Origin: an uncultured Gemmatimonadaceae bacterium
GTDB lineage: Bacteria; Gemmatimonadota; Gemmatimonadetes; Gemmatimonadales; Gemmatimonadaceae
Direction: 5' to 3'
Length of the DNA stretch: 64,000 nt
Assembly: GCA_963843845.1 (NCBI GenBank)
Contig: CAWJMB010000003.1
Coordinates: forward strand, 199,072-263,071
The notes under the pieces were generated by a model. That model was not told the DNA's origin, made no database searches, and saw only the letters and a program-made list of their open reading frames with translations. Below, in pieces: positions 11,888 through 25,611 of this stretch. Made by a program: the position numbers and the translations under genes. How positions within the stretch are numbered: the first letter of the stretch is position 1; each line of letters begins with the position of its first letter.

Positions 11888-14287
11888 ATGCTCCGCCGTG
11901 TCCTCGCTGCGCTCGTCGCGGCCTCCCCGCTCGTCGCGCAGGTGCCCCAGGTGCCCCAGGTGCCCCGAGCGCCCCAGGTGCCGTACGCCCCGCGCGCCCT
12001 GACCGCCGCCGACTACGCGCGGGCCGAACAGTTCATGAGCTGGAACACGACGCCGCTCGTGACGCTTCCGGCCGTGCGGCCGACGTGGCTGCCGGACGGG
12101 CGCTTCTGGTATCGGAACACGACGGCGGCCGGCAGCGAGTTCGTCGTCGTCGACCCCGTGCGGAAGACCCGGACGCGTGCGTTCGATCAGGGAGGGCTCG
12201 CCCGGGGGCTCTCGGCGCTCGGCGTCACCGCCGACTCGATGCGGCTGCCGTTCACCGCGATCGACCTCTCGGCCGACGGCAAGCGCGTCGCGGTCGACGT
12301 CGGGGCGCGGCGCTATCAGTGCGACGTCGCCGGCGCGCGGTGCACCGACGTCGGCGCGGCGCGCACCGGCGACGGTCGCGGCACCACGATCGCGTCGCCG
12401 GACGGCACGAAGGCCGCGTTCATCCGCGGCTGGAACCTCTGGGTGCGCGACGTCGCGACGGGGAAGGAGACGCAGCTCACGACCGACGGCGTGAAGGACT
12501 TCGGCTACGCCACCGACAACGCCGGGTGGACGAAGAGCGAGCGGCCGATCCTGCTCTGGTCGCCCGATTCGAAGCGGATCGCGACCTTTCAGCAGGACGA
12601 CCGGCGGGTCGGCGAGATGTACCTCGTGCAGTCGCGCACGGGGCACCCGGTGCTCGAGGCGTGGAAGTATCCGCTGCCGGGGGACAGCGTCGTCTCGATG
12701 ATTCACCGCGTCGTCATCCACGACGTCGACGGACCGAGTCCGCGCGTCGTGCGGCTGCAGATGCCGCCCGACTATCACCGCTCGACGCTGTGCGACCACA
12801 TCACGTGCGGCGGCGCGTGGGCCGACGTCGAGTGGATGGACGGCGGGGCGCGGCTGATCTTCGTGTCGACGTCGCGCGACCACACGCGTGAAGACGTGCG
12901 CGTCGCCGACGCGAGCACGGGCGCCGTGCGCGACGTCTTCACCGAGACGGTCAGGACGTTCTTCGAGTCGGGCACGGGCGCGATCAACTGGCACGTGCTG
13001 CCGAACGGCGAGCTGCTCTGGTTCTCCGAACGCGACGACTGGGGCAATCTCTACGTCTACGACGTCGCGACCGGCGCGCTGAAGCGGCAGCTCACGCGCG
13101 GACCGGGCACCGTGCTGCAAGTCGTGCGCATCGACTCGACCGCGCGCGCGCTCTGGTTCACGGCGACCGGGCGCGAGTCGGGACGCGATCCGTACTTCAA
13201 GCACCTCTACCGCGTCGCGCTCGATGCTGCCCCGTCGCGCGGCGGAGGGTCGGGGGCGGCGCGCCCGGTGCTGATCACGCCGGAGGACGCCGACCACACG
13301 CCGACGCTGTCTCCCGACGGCCGCTACGTCGTCGACAGCTACTCGCGCCCCGAGGTACCGCCGACGACGGTCGTGCGCGATGCGCGTACGGGGCAGCTGC
13401 TCATGACGATCGAGCGGAGCGACGTCAGTCGGCTCGTCGCGCGAGGGTGGACGCCGCCGGTGCCGTTCACCGTGAAGGCGCGCGACGGGACCACCGATCT
13501 GTACGGCCTGATGTACCTGCCGACGCGGCTCGACTCGACGCGGACGTACCCGATCATCAACCACATCTACCCGGGCCCGCAGACGGGAAGCGTCGGGAGC
13601 CGCAGCTTCTCCGCCGCGCGCGGCGACGCGCGGGCGCTCGCGGAGCTCGGCTTCGTCGTCATCCAGCTCGACGCGTTGGGCACGCCGATGCGCTCGAAGT
13701 CGTTCCACGACGCGTACTACGGCGACATGGGGGACAACGGCCTTCCCGATCAGATCGGCGCGATGCGGCAGCTCGCGCAACGCCACCGCTTCATCGACCT
13801 CGACCGCGCCGGCATCTGGGGGCACTCGGGCGGCGGCTACGCGGCGGCCGACGCGATTCTGCGCTACCCGGATTTCTTCAAGGTCGCGATCTCCGAGGCC
13901 GGCAACCACGATCAGCGGCAGTACGAGGACGACTGGGGCGAGAAGTACCACGGCCTGCTCGCGACGCTGCCGGGGGGGAAGACGAACTACGACGACCAGG
14001 CGAACCAGACCCTCGCGAAGAACCTCAAGGGGAAGCTGCTCATCGCGCACGGCACCGCGGACGACAACGTGCCGCCCTACAACACGATGCTCGTCGTCGA
14101 CGAGCTCATCAGAGCGAACAAGGACTTCGACCTCCTCATGCTGCCGAACCGCCGTCACGGCTTCGGCAACGAGCCGTACATGATCCGCCGGCGGTGGGAC
14201 TACTTCGTCGAGCACCTCCTGGGCGCGGAGCCGCCCAAGGAGTACGAGCTCCAGCCGAACCGACCGCGCGCGACGTTTACGCCGTAG
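11888..14287 (+). CDS. S9B dipeptidyl peptidase IV-like secreted peptidase
   Basis: Signal peptide, DPP IV N-terminal propeller, IYPGPQ, nucleophile GHSGGG, HGTADDNV, and catalytic His in RRHG. Confidence 0.9.
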   Translation: MLRRVLAALVAASPLVAQVPQVPQVPRAPQVPYAPRALTAADYARAEQFMSWNTTPLVTLPAVRPTWLPDGRFWYRNTTAAGSEFVVVDPVRKTRTRAFDQGGLARGLSALGVTADSMRLPFTAIDLSADGKRVAVDVGARRYQCDVAGARCTDVGAARTGDGRGTTIASPDGTKAAFIRGWNLWVRDVATGKETQLTTDGVKDFGYATDNAGWTKSERPILLWSPDSKRIATFQQDDRRVGEMYLVQSRTGHPVLEAWKYPLPGDSVVSMIHRVVIHDVDGPSPRVVRLQMPPDYHRSTLCDHITCGGAWADVEWMDGGARLIFVSTSRDHTREDVRVADASTGAVRDVFTETVRTFFESGTGAINWHVLPNGELLWFSERDDWGNLYVYDVATGALKRQLTRGPGTVLQVVRIDSTARALWFTATGRESGRDPYFKHLYRVALDAAPSRGGGSGAARPVLITPEDADHTPTLSPDGRYVVDSYSRPEVPPTTVVRDARTGQLLMTIERSDVSRLVARGWTPPVPFTVKARDGTTDLYGLMYLPTRLDSTRTYPIINHIYPGPQTGSVGSRSFSAARGDARALAELGFVVIQLDALGTPMRSKSFHDAYYGDMGDNGLPDQIGAMRQLAQRHRFIDLDRAGIWGHSGGGYAAADAILRYPDFFKVAISEAGNHDQRQYEDDWGEKYHGLLATLPGGKTNYDDQANQTLAKNLKGKLLIAHGTADDNVPPYNTMLVVDELIRANKDFDLLMLPNRRHGFGNEPYMIRRRWDYFVEHLLGAEPPKEYELQPNRPRATFTP
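11938..11985 (+). repeat. 9-bp tandem repeat (CAGGTGCCC-like) encoding QVP/RAP after the signal peptide
   Basis: caggtgccc caggtgccc caggtgccc cgagcgccc caggtgccg. Confidence 0.7.
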
Positions 14288-14429
14288 ACCCCGCTGCGCG
14301 GCGATGGACGCGTTCGGCCACGTCGCGGTTCTCCGCTCGGTCATCGGCGTGGCGGTTCGCGCTCTCCGTCCCGCTGCGCTTCGGGGGGCGTTCCTGACGC
14401 GCCCCTGCCCATGCTGAGGTTATAGCCGA

Positions 14430-14455
14430 CCCCCGGACTTGCGGCAAGCCGGGGG
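14430..14455 (+). promoter_or_regulatory. RAE-like inverted repeat upstream of the rifamycin phosphotransferase gene
   Basis: CCCCCGG-A-CTTGC-G-GCAAG-CCGGGGG lies just downstream of a TATAGC -10-like hexamer (14421-14426) and about 50 nt before the rph ATG. Confidence 0.6.
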
Positions 14456-14505
14456 GGACGCCGTAGCGTCGCTCGCCACGAGCCATCGATACGGAGAGCG
14501 AGCGA

Positions 14506-16993
<2,488 letters not shown>

Positions 16994-17288
16994 CACCGCG
17001 CGGCTCGGCGTCTCGACGGGACGAACGGGAGGAACCCAACAGCCGACCGGTCTTCTCCTGTTCCTCCTCCTCCTCGTGTCGGTTCGCTCCGGTTCCTTCC
17101 GTTCCTGCCGTCCGGCACGGCCACGGTCTGTCGTAGCGCTGTAGTTCGGGTGGGAACCCTCGTGCCCTGGCCGTGTGTCCAACCCGCGACGTCCGAGGAG
17201 TCCGTACGACTCCGGACGTCGTTGTAACATCTGCCGCCGCTCGCACGTGTAGTCAGGGTCGTTCCCACCCTCAGCCTACAGGCCGTCC

Positions 17289-20200
17289 GTGCTTCCCCGC
17301 CGTTCTCTGTACGCCGCAGCACTCGTTGCGGTCGCCCTCCCCGCCCGCCAGCTGGTCGCGCAGCAGGTCGACGTGATCCGCGGTCGCGTGACCGCGCAGG
17401 ACCGGCGGCCGATCGAGAACGCGCAGATCACCGTCACGTCGATCTCCGGCAACGTGAACCGAACGGCGCGGACCGACAAGAACGGCCGCTTCACGGTGAC
17501 GTTCCCGAACGGCGACGGCGACTACTTCGTGAACTTCAACGCGATCGGCTTCGCGCCGCGCCGCTTCGAGGTGAAGCGCGTCGCCGACGAGGACTTCCTG
17601 CTCGCCGACGCGACGCTCTCGCCGTCCGCCGCGCAGCTCGACGCCGTGCGCGTGACGGCCGACCGCGGGCGGGTGAATCGCAACGACCCGGCCGCGCAGC
17701 AGGACATCAGCGGCACCGAGAAGCGGGTGGAGCCGAACGTCGTCAACCCCGACCAGATGGGCGACCTCGCGGCGATGGCGGCGTCCCTCCCGGGCGTGAC
17801 GCCCGTCGCCGGCGCCGACGGCGACCCGGCCGGGTTCTCGGTGCTCGGGCTCTCCTCGGACCAGAACCAGACGTCGGTGAACGGGCTGGCCGGGATGACC
17901 GGGAGCAACCTGCCGCGCGACGCGCAGGTCTCGACGTCGTTGGGCACCTCGAACTACGACGTCTCGGTCGGCGGGTTCAGCGGCGGGCGCTTCAATCTCA
18001 CGCCGCGCTCGGGGTCGAACTACCTCATGCGCACGCGGGAGCCTGTTCGGCACCGCGCCGCAGCTCCAGATCGCCGACCGGCGCCGCCCGATCGTTGGGC
18101 CAGCAGCCCACGAACGTGTCGCTCGAGCGGCGCGCTGTCGGGGCCGATCGTCTTCAACAAGGCGTTCTACAACGTCTCCTACCAGCTCGGCCGCGTCGCG
18201 AACGATCTGCAGACGCTGCTCAACACCGACGCGGTCGGCCTCCAGGCGAGCGGCATCTCGGCCGACTCGGCGGCGCGCCTCGTCGGGTTGCTGGGGCGCG
18301 CGCAGATCCCCACGGTCGTCGGGTCGATCCCGAGCAACCGGTTCCAGGACAACGGCTCCGTGTTCGGCGTGCTGAACGCGACGCCGCCGTCGTCGAACTC
18401 GGGGCAGAGCGTGTCGCTGTCGTTCAACGGCGGCTGGAACCGGCAGACGGCGGTCAACGCGTCGGCCACCGAGGTCCCCGCGCACTCCGGCGACCGCACG
18501 AGCTGGAACGGCGGGCTCACCGCGGCGCACTCGGGCTATCTCAAGAACATCATTCTCAGCGAGACGAACGCCGGGCTCAGCGCGAGCCACAACGCGATGT
18601 CGCCGTACCTCGAGCTGCCGAGCGGGTCGGTGCTCGTGAACTCGTCGTTCGGCGACGGAACGAACGGCGTGCGCTACCTGGGGTTCGGCGGCAGCCCGTC
18701 GATGAACTCCGACCAGACGTCGACGAACGCGGCGCTCCGCAACACGCTGTCCTGGTTCAGCAACAACAACAAGCACCGCCTGAAGCTCGCGACCGAGCTG
18801 CGCCGTGACGGCTACAGCCTGCAGCAGGCGCAGAATCTGTTGGGCACGCTTCACCTACAACTCGCTCGCCGACCTCGACGCGAACCGGCCGGCGTCGTTC
18901 ACGCGCTCGCTGTCGCCGCGCGACCGGAGCGGCTCGTCGTACGTCGGCGCGATCTCGTTGGGCGATTCGTACCGCCGCAGCGCGGACTTCCAGCTGCAGT
19001 ACGGGCTCCGCGTCGACGCGAACCGCTTCGACCGCGGGCCGACGTACAACGCCGACCTGGAGCAGGCGTTCGGCGTGCGCAACGACCGCGTGCCGGACCG
19101 CGTCTACCTCAGCCCGCGCGTCGGCTTCTCGTGGCGCTACGGCACGGCGGCGCAGATCGGCGCGTTCGAGGGGGCGTTCCGCGGCCCGCGGGCGATCGTG
19201 CGGGGCGGCGTCGGCGTCTTCCAGAACACGCCGCAGGCGACGCTGATCGGCCAGGCGCTCGACGCGACGGGGCTCGCGAGCGGCCTGCAGCAGATCACCT
19301 GCGTCGGCCCGGCGGCGCCGATGCCCGAACTGGTCGCTCTACGCGACGAACGCGAGCGCGATCCCGACACGCTGCGCCGACGGCGGCGACCGGCTCGGTG
19401 TTCGCGAACGCGGCGCCGGCGGTGACGCTGTTCTCGAAGGACTACCAGTCGTCGCGGTCGATCCGCTCGAACCTCGGCTGGAGCGGGCCGGTGCTCGGCA
19501 ACCGCTTCAATGTGAACGTCGACGGAACGGTCTCGCTGAACCTGAATCAGCAGACGTTCGCGGACCTGAACTTCGCGAACGTGCAGCGCTTCACGCTCGC
19601 CGAGGAGGGCAACCGGCCGGTGTTCGTCGACCCGACGAGCATCGTGTCGACGACCGGCTTCGTCGCCGCGGCGGCGGGCCGGGTCTCGCCGAACTACTCG
19701 CGCGTGACGGAGCAGCGATCGGACGGGCGGTCGCGGAGCGGGCAGCTCTCGCTCAGCGTGAGCCCGATGACGTTCAACTCGAAGTTGAGCTGGAACGCGT
19801 CGTACACGCTGCAGCAGGTGCGCGAGCGGGTGAACGGCTTCCAGAGCACGGTCGGCAACCCGTACGACTTCACGTGGAGCCGCGGCGGCGGGTCGCCGAC
19901 GCACCAGTTCACCTACACGCTCGGCTACAACGTCTTCGACGCCGTGCGCGCTGAACTGGTTCGGCAACTTGCGCTCGGGAATGCCGTTCACGCCGCGCAT
20001 CGCGGGCGACGTCAACGGCGACGGCTACTCGAACGACCGCGCGTTCGTGTTCGACCCGGCGAACACCGCGGACCCGGCGCTCGCCGCGGGCATGCGGTCG
20101 CTGCTCGACGACCGGGTCGGGGCTCGCGCAGGCGTGTCTCGCGCGCCAGCTCGGGCGGCTCGCGTCGCGCAACAGCTGCCAGGGGCCGTGGTCGCACACC

Positions 20201-21060
20201 GGCGAACCTCTCGATCTCGTTCAACCCGATGAAGGTGCGGATGCCGCAGCGCGCCGTGCTGTCGTTCGCGGTGTCGAATCCGTTAGGCGCTCGCCGACCG
20301 CGTGCTGCACGGCGAGGACAACCTGCGCGGCTGGGGGCAGATGACGTTCGTCGATCCGTCGCTGCTCTACGTGCGCGGCTTCGATGCGGCGACGCGGCGC
20401 TACAAGTACGAGGTCAACCAGCGCTTCGGCGCGACGAACCCGACGTTCAACGCGTTCCGCCAGCCGGTGACGCTCACGGCGATGCTGCGCCTCGATCTGG
20501 GCCCGACGCGCGAGCGGCAGAACCTCACGCAGATGCTCGACCGCGGGCGCGTGAAAGGGCACGAGGGGCAGAAGATGCCCGAGGCGATGCTGCGCGGGAT
20601 GTATGCGCAGAACGGCGGCGTCATGAACCCGATGGAGCAGATCCTCCGGCAGAGCGACACGTTGAAGCTGACGGTGCCGCAGGCCGACTCGCTCGCGACG
20701 ATGAACCGGTGGTACAAGATCCGGCTCGACTCGATCTGGTCGCCGGTCGCGAAGTTCCTCGGCGACCTGCCCGACCGGTACGACGACGGCGAGGCGTACA
20801 CCCAGTACATCGGCGCGCGGCGCGCGTCGGTCGACCTGCTGACGAAGCTGTCCGACGACATCCGCGGCGTGCTGACGGCGGAGCAGCGGCGCAAGCTGCC
20901 GGCGTTCATCGCCAGCTATCTCGACCCCCGCTACCTCGCCTCGATCCGCTCCGGCACGGCCGGCGCGAACGCCGGCGCCGGCCCGATGATGATGGGCGGC
21001 AGGGGGATGGGCGGCTTCGGCGGCGGCGGCGGCGGCGGGCAGATCATCATTCGCCAGTGA
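17289..21060 (+). CDS. Large TonB-dependent-receptor-like outer membrane protein with N-terminal carboxypeptidase-regulatory-like domain (multiple apparent frameshifts)
   Basis: Signal peptide, IRGRVT...PIENAQITVT...ARTDKNGRF, plug-like YDVSVGGFSGG, barrel strands LQYGLRVD / YLSPRVGFSW, and SGMPFTPRIAGDVNGDGYSNDRAFV. Segments alternate between frames and end at 21060. Confidence 0.7.
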
Positions 21061-21086
21061 TCGTGGACATTTCCTCTCGGACTTCG

Positions 21087-22496
21087 ATGACTCGATTCTC
21101 TCTCCGCGCCGTTCCGGCGGCGCTCGTGCTCGCGACCGCGGCCGCGGCGTCCGCGCAGCAGCCCAATCAGGCGGCGCAGGTGCCGACCGCCAGACCGTTA
21201 GGCGCCACGACCGGAACGATCGCCGAGGCGTTCGGTGGCGTGCAGGCGGTGCGCGAGCTGCCCGACGGCCGGGTGCTCGTCAACGACCCGACGAAGCGGC
21301 GCGTCGTGCTGTTCGACGCCGACCTGTCGAAGTTCACGGTCGTCGCCGACTCGACGAGCGCGACGGCGACGGCGTATAGCGGGCGCATGGCGGGACTGAT
21401 TCCGTACCGCGCCGACTCGACGCTGTTCGTCGACCCGCAATCGCTGTCGATGCTCGTCATCGACCCGAAGGGAACCCTCGGCACGCGCGTGATGTCGGTG
21501 CCGAAGCCGGACGACGCGATGTCGCTGACCGGGATCGCGTTCGGCATGCCGGGCTTCGACGCGCAGGGGCGGCTCATCTACCGGCCGTCGCCTCGCTTCG
21601 AGATGCGCCGCGGACCGGGCGGGCCGGGGGGCGGCCCCGGCGGTGGTGGCGCGGCGAACGGCGGACGGGCTGGCGGCCCGCCGCAGATGCCGGACACCGC
21701 GCCGATCGTGCGCGTCGAGCTCGCGACGCGGAAGATGGACACGGTCGCGTTCGTGAAGACGTACGCGCCGCGGATGCAGATCACGCAGCTCGAAGGGGGC
21801 GGGATGTCGATGACGTCGAAGCTCGACCCGCTGCCGCTCGTCGACGACTGGGCGGTGCTCGCCGACGGCACGGTCATGATCCTTCGCGGCCGCGAGTTCC
21901 GCGTCGACCTCGTCGGGAAGGACGGGAAGCTCGTCGCGGGCCCGAAGGTCGCGCACGACTGGCAGCGCATGTCCGACGAGGACAAGGTCGCCTTCCTCGA
22001 CTCGACGAAGACGGCGATGGAGAAGGTGCGCGCCGCGGCGCAGGCGGCGATGTCGCAGCCGGGCGGCATGCAGCGGGCGATGGAGACGGCCGGCGCCGCG
22101 ATGGGGATGGGTGGCGGCGGGATGCCGATGGTCAGCATCCAGATGCGCCCAGACGGCGGCGAGCCGCCGCGCCGCGGCGGACAGGGCGGCGGGCCGAATG
22201 GCGGCATGCAGATGCCGACGCTCACCTTCGTCGACCCGAGCGAGCTGCCCGACTACAAGCCGCCGTTCGCGGCAGGCGGCGCCCGCGCCGACGCCGACGG
22301 CAACGTCTGGGTGCGCCTCATCGCGACGAAGCCGATGCCGGGGCCGGTCTACGACATCATCGACAAGGATGGGAAGCTCGTCGACCGCGTGGTGTTGCCG
22401 GCGGGCGCGGCGATCGCGGGGTTCGGCAAGGGCAGCGTGTTCCTCGCGACGCGCAACGCCGAGGGGACGCACCTCACGCGCGTGCGGGTCAAGTAG
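21087..22496 (+). CDS. Secreted protein, probable beta-propeller, with Gly/Met-rich inserts
   Basis: Signal peptide MTRFSLRAVPAALVLATAAAASAQ; VRELPDGRVLVND, DDWAVLADGTV, ADADGNVWV...YDIIDKDGKLVDRV. Confidence 0.65.
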   Translation: MTRFSLRAVPAALVLATAAAASAQQPNQAAQVPTARPLGATTGTIAEAFGGVQAVRELPDGRVLVNDPTKRRVVLFDADLSKFTVVADSTSATATAYSGRMAGLIPYRADSTLFVDPQSLSMLVIDPKGTLGTRVMSVPKPDDAMSLTGIAFGMPGFDAQGRLIYRPSPRFEMRRGPGGPGGGPGGGGAANGGRAGGPPQMPDTAPIVRVELATRKMDTVAFVKTYAPRMQITQLEGGGMSMTSKLDPLPLVDDWAVLADGTVMILRGREFRVDLVGKDGKLVAGPKVAHDWQRMSDEDKVAFLDSTKTAMEKVRAAAQAAMSQPGGMQRAMETAGAAMGMGGGGMPMVSIQMRPDGGEPPRRGGQGGGPNGGMQMPTLTFVDPSELPDYKPPFAAGGARADADGNVWVRLIATKPMPGPVYDIIDKDGKLVDRVVLPAGAAIAGFGKGSVFLATRNAEGTHLTRVRVK

Positions 22497-22587
22497 CGGC
22501 GCCCGTCGACGACGTCCGCGGCGGAGGCGTGAGCGCACGCGCCGTGGACGCTCGACGAGGAGGACGAGCGTGCCCTCCCGGCACGGA

Positions 22588-22623
22588 CAGGGGCCTGAGC
22601 GGATGTCACCGCCCAGGCCCCTG
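22588..22623. terminator. GC-rich hairpin between convergent genes, probable terminator
   Basis: CAGGGGCCTGAGCGG-ATGTCA-CCGCCCAGGCCCCTG (15-bp stem, one mismatch), followed by a short T-rich tract. Confidence 0.6.
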
Positions 22624-22700
22624 GTCCTTTCGTCCCTACCCGCCCGACCGGTCCGACCGGGCCGACCGGCGGAGCGCGATCGACCGGGTGGTCAGCGTGA

Positions 22701-23291
22701 TCAGTGGCCGCGCGCCGCGGCGATCGCGCTCGCCATCGCCGAGTAGGCGTCCTCCGAGAGCGCGTTGAACTTGAGCTCGCGGTAGACGATGCGGCCGCTC
22801 TTGTCGATCACGTAGACCGTGCGGCTCGACATCGGGCGTCCGGCCACGCGCGAGCCGTACTTGTCGGCGAGCGTGAGGTCGGTGTCGGAGACGAGCGCGA
22901 ACGGGAACTTCGCCTCGCTCGCCCACGACGTGTGCGAGTCGAGAGCGTCGGCGGAGACCGGGAGCACGACCACGTCGTCGCCGAACAGCGTCTTGTACTC
23001 GTCGCGGAACTTGGTCAGCTCCGCCGTGCATCCGGTCGTGCGGTCCTTCGGGTAGAACGCGAGCACGACGACCTTGCCGCGCAGCTCCTTGAGCGCGACC
23101 GGCTTCGCGCGCGGCCCGCTCGCGTCCGCCCACGGCATCGTGAAGTCGGGCGCCATGTCGCCGACCGCCGGCGCGACGACGGTCGTCGTCGTGGTCGTCG
23201 TCGTCGTGGACGATGTCGTCGTCTGCGCGACGGCGACCGACGCGCCGAGTGTGGAGAGCGCGGCGAAGGAGCGGAGGAGAGCAGTGCGCAT
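22701..23291 (-). CDS. Exported peroxiredoxin (BCP/PrxQ-like, AhpC/TSA family)
   Basis: Signal peptide and Thr tract, then VGDMAPDFT, VVLAFYPKDRTTGCTAEL (PxxxTxxC), and RTVYVIDKSG. Confidence 0.85.
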   Translation of the reverse strand: MRTALLRSFAALSTLGASVAVAQTTTSSTTTTTTTTTVVAPAVGDMAPDFTMPWADASGPRAKPVALKELRGKVVVLAFYPKDRTTGCTAELTKFRDEYKTLFGDDVVVLPVSADALDSHTSWASEAKFPFALVSDTDLTLADKYGSRVAGRPMSSRTVYVIDKSGRIVYRELKFNALSEDAYSAMASAIAAARGH

Positions 23292-23388
23292 GTCGAGATT
23301 CGGGTGAAGGAGTCTAGCCGGAGAAAGCAAGGGCTCGGCGCCGATTCGAGCAAGGGTCGAGGCGCGTACAGCGTATACCCGACTGCGA

Positions 23389-23417
23389 TTGACGTGATTC
23401 GCTCGGCGATTTACGAT
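23389..23417 (+). promoter_or_regulatory. Sigma-70-type promoter for the PepSY-TM gene
   Basis: TTGACG-17 nt-TACGAT, 52 nt upstream of the ATG at 23470. Confidence 0.6.
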
Positions 23418-23469
23418 CGTCATTCCCGATTGGATCGCTCTGGATTACATCGCTCGCTCGCCGACCCGC

Positions 23470-24639
23470 ATGCGCGCCGTTCGCCAACTCGTGTTCTGGA
23501 CCCACCTCATCGCCGGCGTCGTCGCGGGGGGGATCGTACTCGTCATGTCGGTGACGGGGGTGGTGCTGACCTATCAGCGGCAGCTGCTCGCGTGGGGCGA
23601 TCACCGGGCGGCGCCGGTTCCAGCGCGTGCCGCCGGGACGCCGCGAGCGAGCGTCGAGACGCTCCTCGACGGCGCGCGCGCCGGGCAGGCGAGGGGGACA
23701 CCGCGTGCGATCACCGTGAGCGCCGACCCGAGGCGCGCGACGCGGGTGGCGTTCGGTCCCGAGGGCGCGGTATTCGTCGACCCGTACACCGGCGCGTCGC
23801 TCGGGGAGGGGGCGACGGGGATGCGGAGCTTCTTCGGCGTCGTCACGAAGTGGCACCGCTGGCTCGGCCGGTCTGGTGAGGGGCGGAGCGCGGGGCGCGC
23901 ACTCACCGGGAGCTGCAACCTCGCGTTCCTGGTGCTCGTGCTGACCGGCGCGTACCTCTGGATTCCGCGCCCGTGGTCGCTGCGCCGCGTCCGCACCGTC
24001 GCGCTCTTCCGGCGCGGGCTGGACGGGAAGGCGCGCGACTTCAACTGGCACAACGTCGTCGGGCTGTGGACGGTGCTCCCGCTCGTGGTCGTCGTCGGCT
24101 CCGGCGTCGTGATCTCGTATCCGTGGGCGAGCGCGCTCGTGTATCGCGCGGTCGGTGAGCGGCCGCCGGTGCGGGGAAGGGCACCCGGACCGACCGACGT
24201 GCCGGTCCCTCACGATGCGCCGACGGCGTCACTCGATGCGATGCTGGCGCGCGCGGCGCAGCAGGTGCCGACCTGGCGCACGCTCCAGCTCACGCTCCCC
24301 GTCGCCGGCGCGCGCGCGATCACCATCGTCGTGGACGCGGGGACCGGGGGCGAGCCCCAGCGGCGGGGCACGCTGACGTTCGACCGCGCGACGGGGGCGG
24401 TCTCGACGTGGGAGCCGTTCGCGTCGCAGTCGCGTGGACGGCGCGTGCGGTCGTTCCTGCGCTTCGCCCACACCGGCGAGGTCGGCGGCCTGGCGGGTCA
24501 GACCGTCGCCGGGCTCGCGTCGCTCGCAGGGGTCGTGCTCGTCTGGACGGGGATCGGGCTCGCGCTGCGGCGGTTCGCGAGCTGGCGCTCTCGCCGCACA
24601 CGCGTGCGAGAGCGGCACGACGTACGCGCCGCGGCCTGA
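23470..24639 (+). CDS. PepSY-associated TM-helix membrane protein
   Basis: FWTHLIAG...MSVTG, FVDPYTG, WHRWL, LTGAYLWIPR, WHNVVG, FAHTGE...GQ. Confidence 0.88.
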   Translation: MRAVRQLVFWTHLIAGVVAGGIVLVMSVTGVVLTYQRQLLAWGDHRAAPVPARAAGTPRASVETLLDGARAGQARGTPRAITVSADPRRATRVAFGPEGAVFVDPYTGASLGEGATGMRSFFGVVTKWHRWLGRSGEGRSAGRALTGSCNLAFLVLVLTGAYLWIPRPWSLRRVRTVALFRRGLDGKARDFNWHNVVGLWTVLPLVVVVGSGVVISYPWASALVYRAVGERPPVRGRAPGPTDVPVPHDAPTASLDAMLARAAQQVPTWRTLQLTLPVAGARAITIVVDAGTGGEPQRRGTLTFDRATGAVSTWEPFASQSRGRRVRSFLRFAHTGEVGGLAGQTVAGLASLAGVVLVWTGIGLALRRFASWRSRRTRVRERHDVRAAA

Positions 24640-24797
24640 CGGCAGTCGGCGGCGTCGCGATACGCAGCACGGGGCCGCCGTCGCGCGCGATGACCTAGTA
24701 GCTTGCGGGATGGCGGCCCGGACCGTGCAACGCCATCGCGGCCCGCGCTTTGCGCCTCGTCCTGTTTTTCAGTCCCACGTGCCAGGAGAGTTGGCCG

Positions 24798-25058
24798 ATG
24801 GCCGACACGCAGCCCGCGCAATCCGCAGTGACGCCACAGCGCCCGCGCCCGACGCCTCAGGCGAGCGGTGCGGGAGGGCGCGAGCGGCGGAAGCACACGC
24901 ATCTCCGCGAGTTGATCGACGAGATGCTCGCGTCGCTCCGCGTCGCCGCGAAGCAAGATCTCTTCACCGCCGCCGAGCGCGCCGACGCGGAGGTGCAACT
25001 CGCGTCGATCATGGAGCGCGTGCACGCCGAGGCGCTCAAGGTCAGCACGGCGCACTAG
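24798..25058 (+). CDS. Small hypothetical protein
   Basis: AGGAG RBS upstream; helical ERRKHTHLRELIDEMLASLR; typical codon usage. Confidence 0.6.
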   Translation: MADTQPAQSAVTPQRPRPTPQASGAGGRERRKHTHLRELIDEMLASLRVAAKQDLFTAAERADAEVQLASIMERVHAEALKVSTAH

Positions 25059-25098
25059 CAGCCCGCGCCGCGCGCGGCGGGCGCGCCGCGCGGTCACC

Positions 25099-25611
25099 TC
25101 AGAGGTAGCGCGCGACGGCCATCGCGACGGTCGCGAGCAGCAGCAGGACCGCGACGACGCGCTGCCAGCGCCCCAGCCTCTGCTGCAGCGCCGCGAGGAG
25201 CGCGCGCTGCTCGGCGCTCCCGCCTGCCGATCCCATCGCGGCGCCGAGCGCCATGAGCTTGCGCCCGGTCGGCGTGATCGTCGCCATCGCGAGCAGGGCA
25301 GCCGCGAGGGCGAGCGCCGCGCCGCCGCTGAACGTCTGGCCGACGCGCGAGCGGTACCACGCGCCGCCGCTGATCGTTCCGTCGTGCACCATGAGCGCGA
25401 TGCCCGTGACCAGGGTCAGGATGCTCGCGATCGCGAGCTGCAGCGGCACGCGGCGCTCGGCGGCGAGACGCCGCATCACCTCGCCGCCGGCCGGGCCACT
25501 CGCTCGGACCGTGGGGATCAGGTAGAACGCGAAGAAGACGTTGACGCCGACCCAGAACACGCCGGTCAGAATGTGGACGGCGCGCAGCGTGATGACGGTG
25601 GACGGGCTCAT
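25099..25611 (-). CDS. Four-TM membrane protein
   Basis: LRAVHILTGVFWVG followed by four hydrophobic helices; start overlaps the MarR stop. Confidence 0.75.
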   Translation of the reverse strand: MSPSTVITLRAVHILTGVFWVGVNVFFAFYLIPTVRASGPAGGEVMRRLAAERRVPLQLAIASILTLVTGIALMVHDGTISGGAWYRSRVGQTFSGGAALALAAALLAMATITPTGRKLMALGAAMGSAGGSAEQRALLAALQQRLGRWQRVVAVLLLLATVAMAVARYL

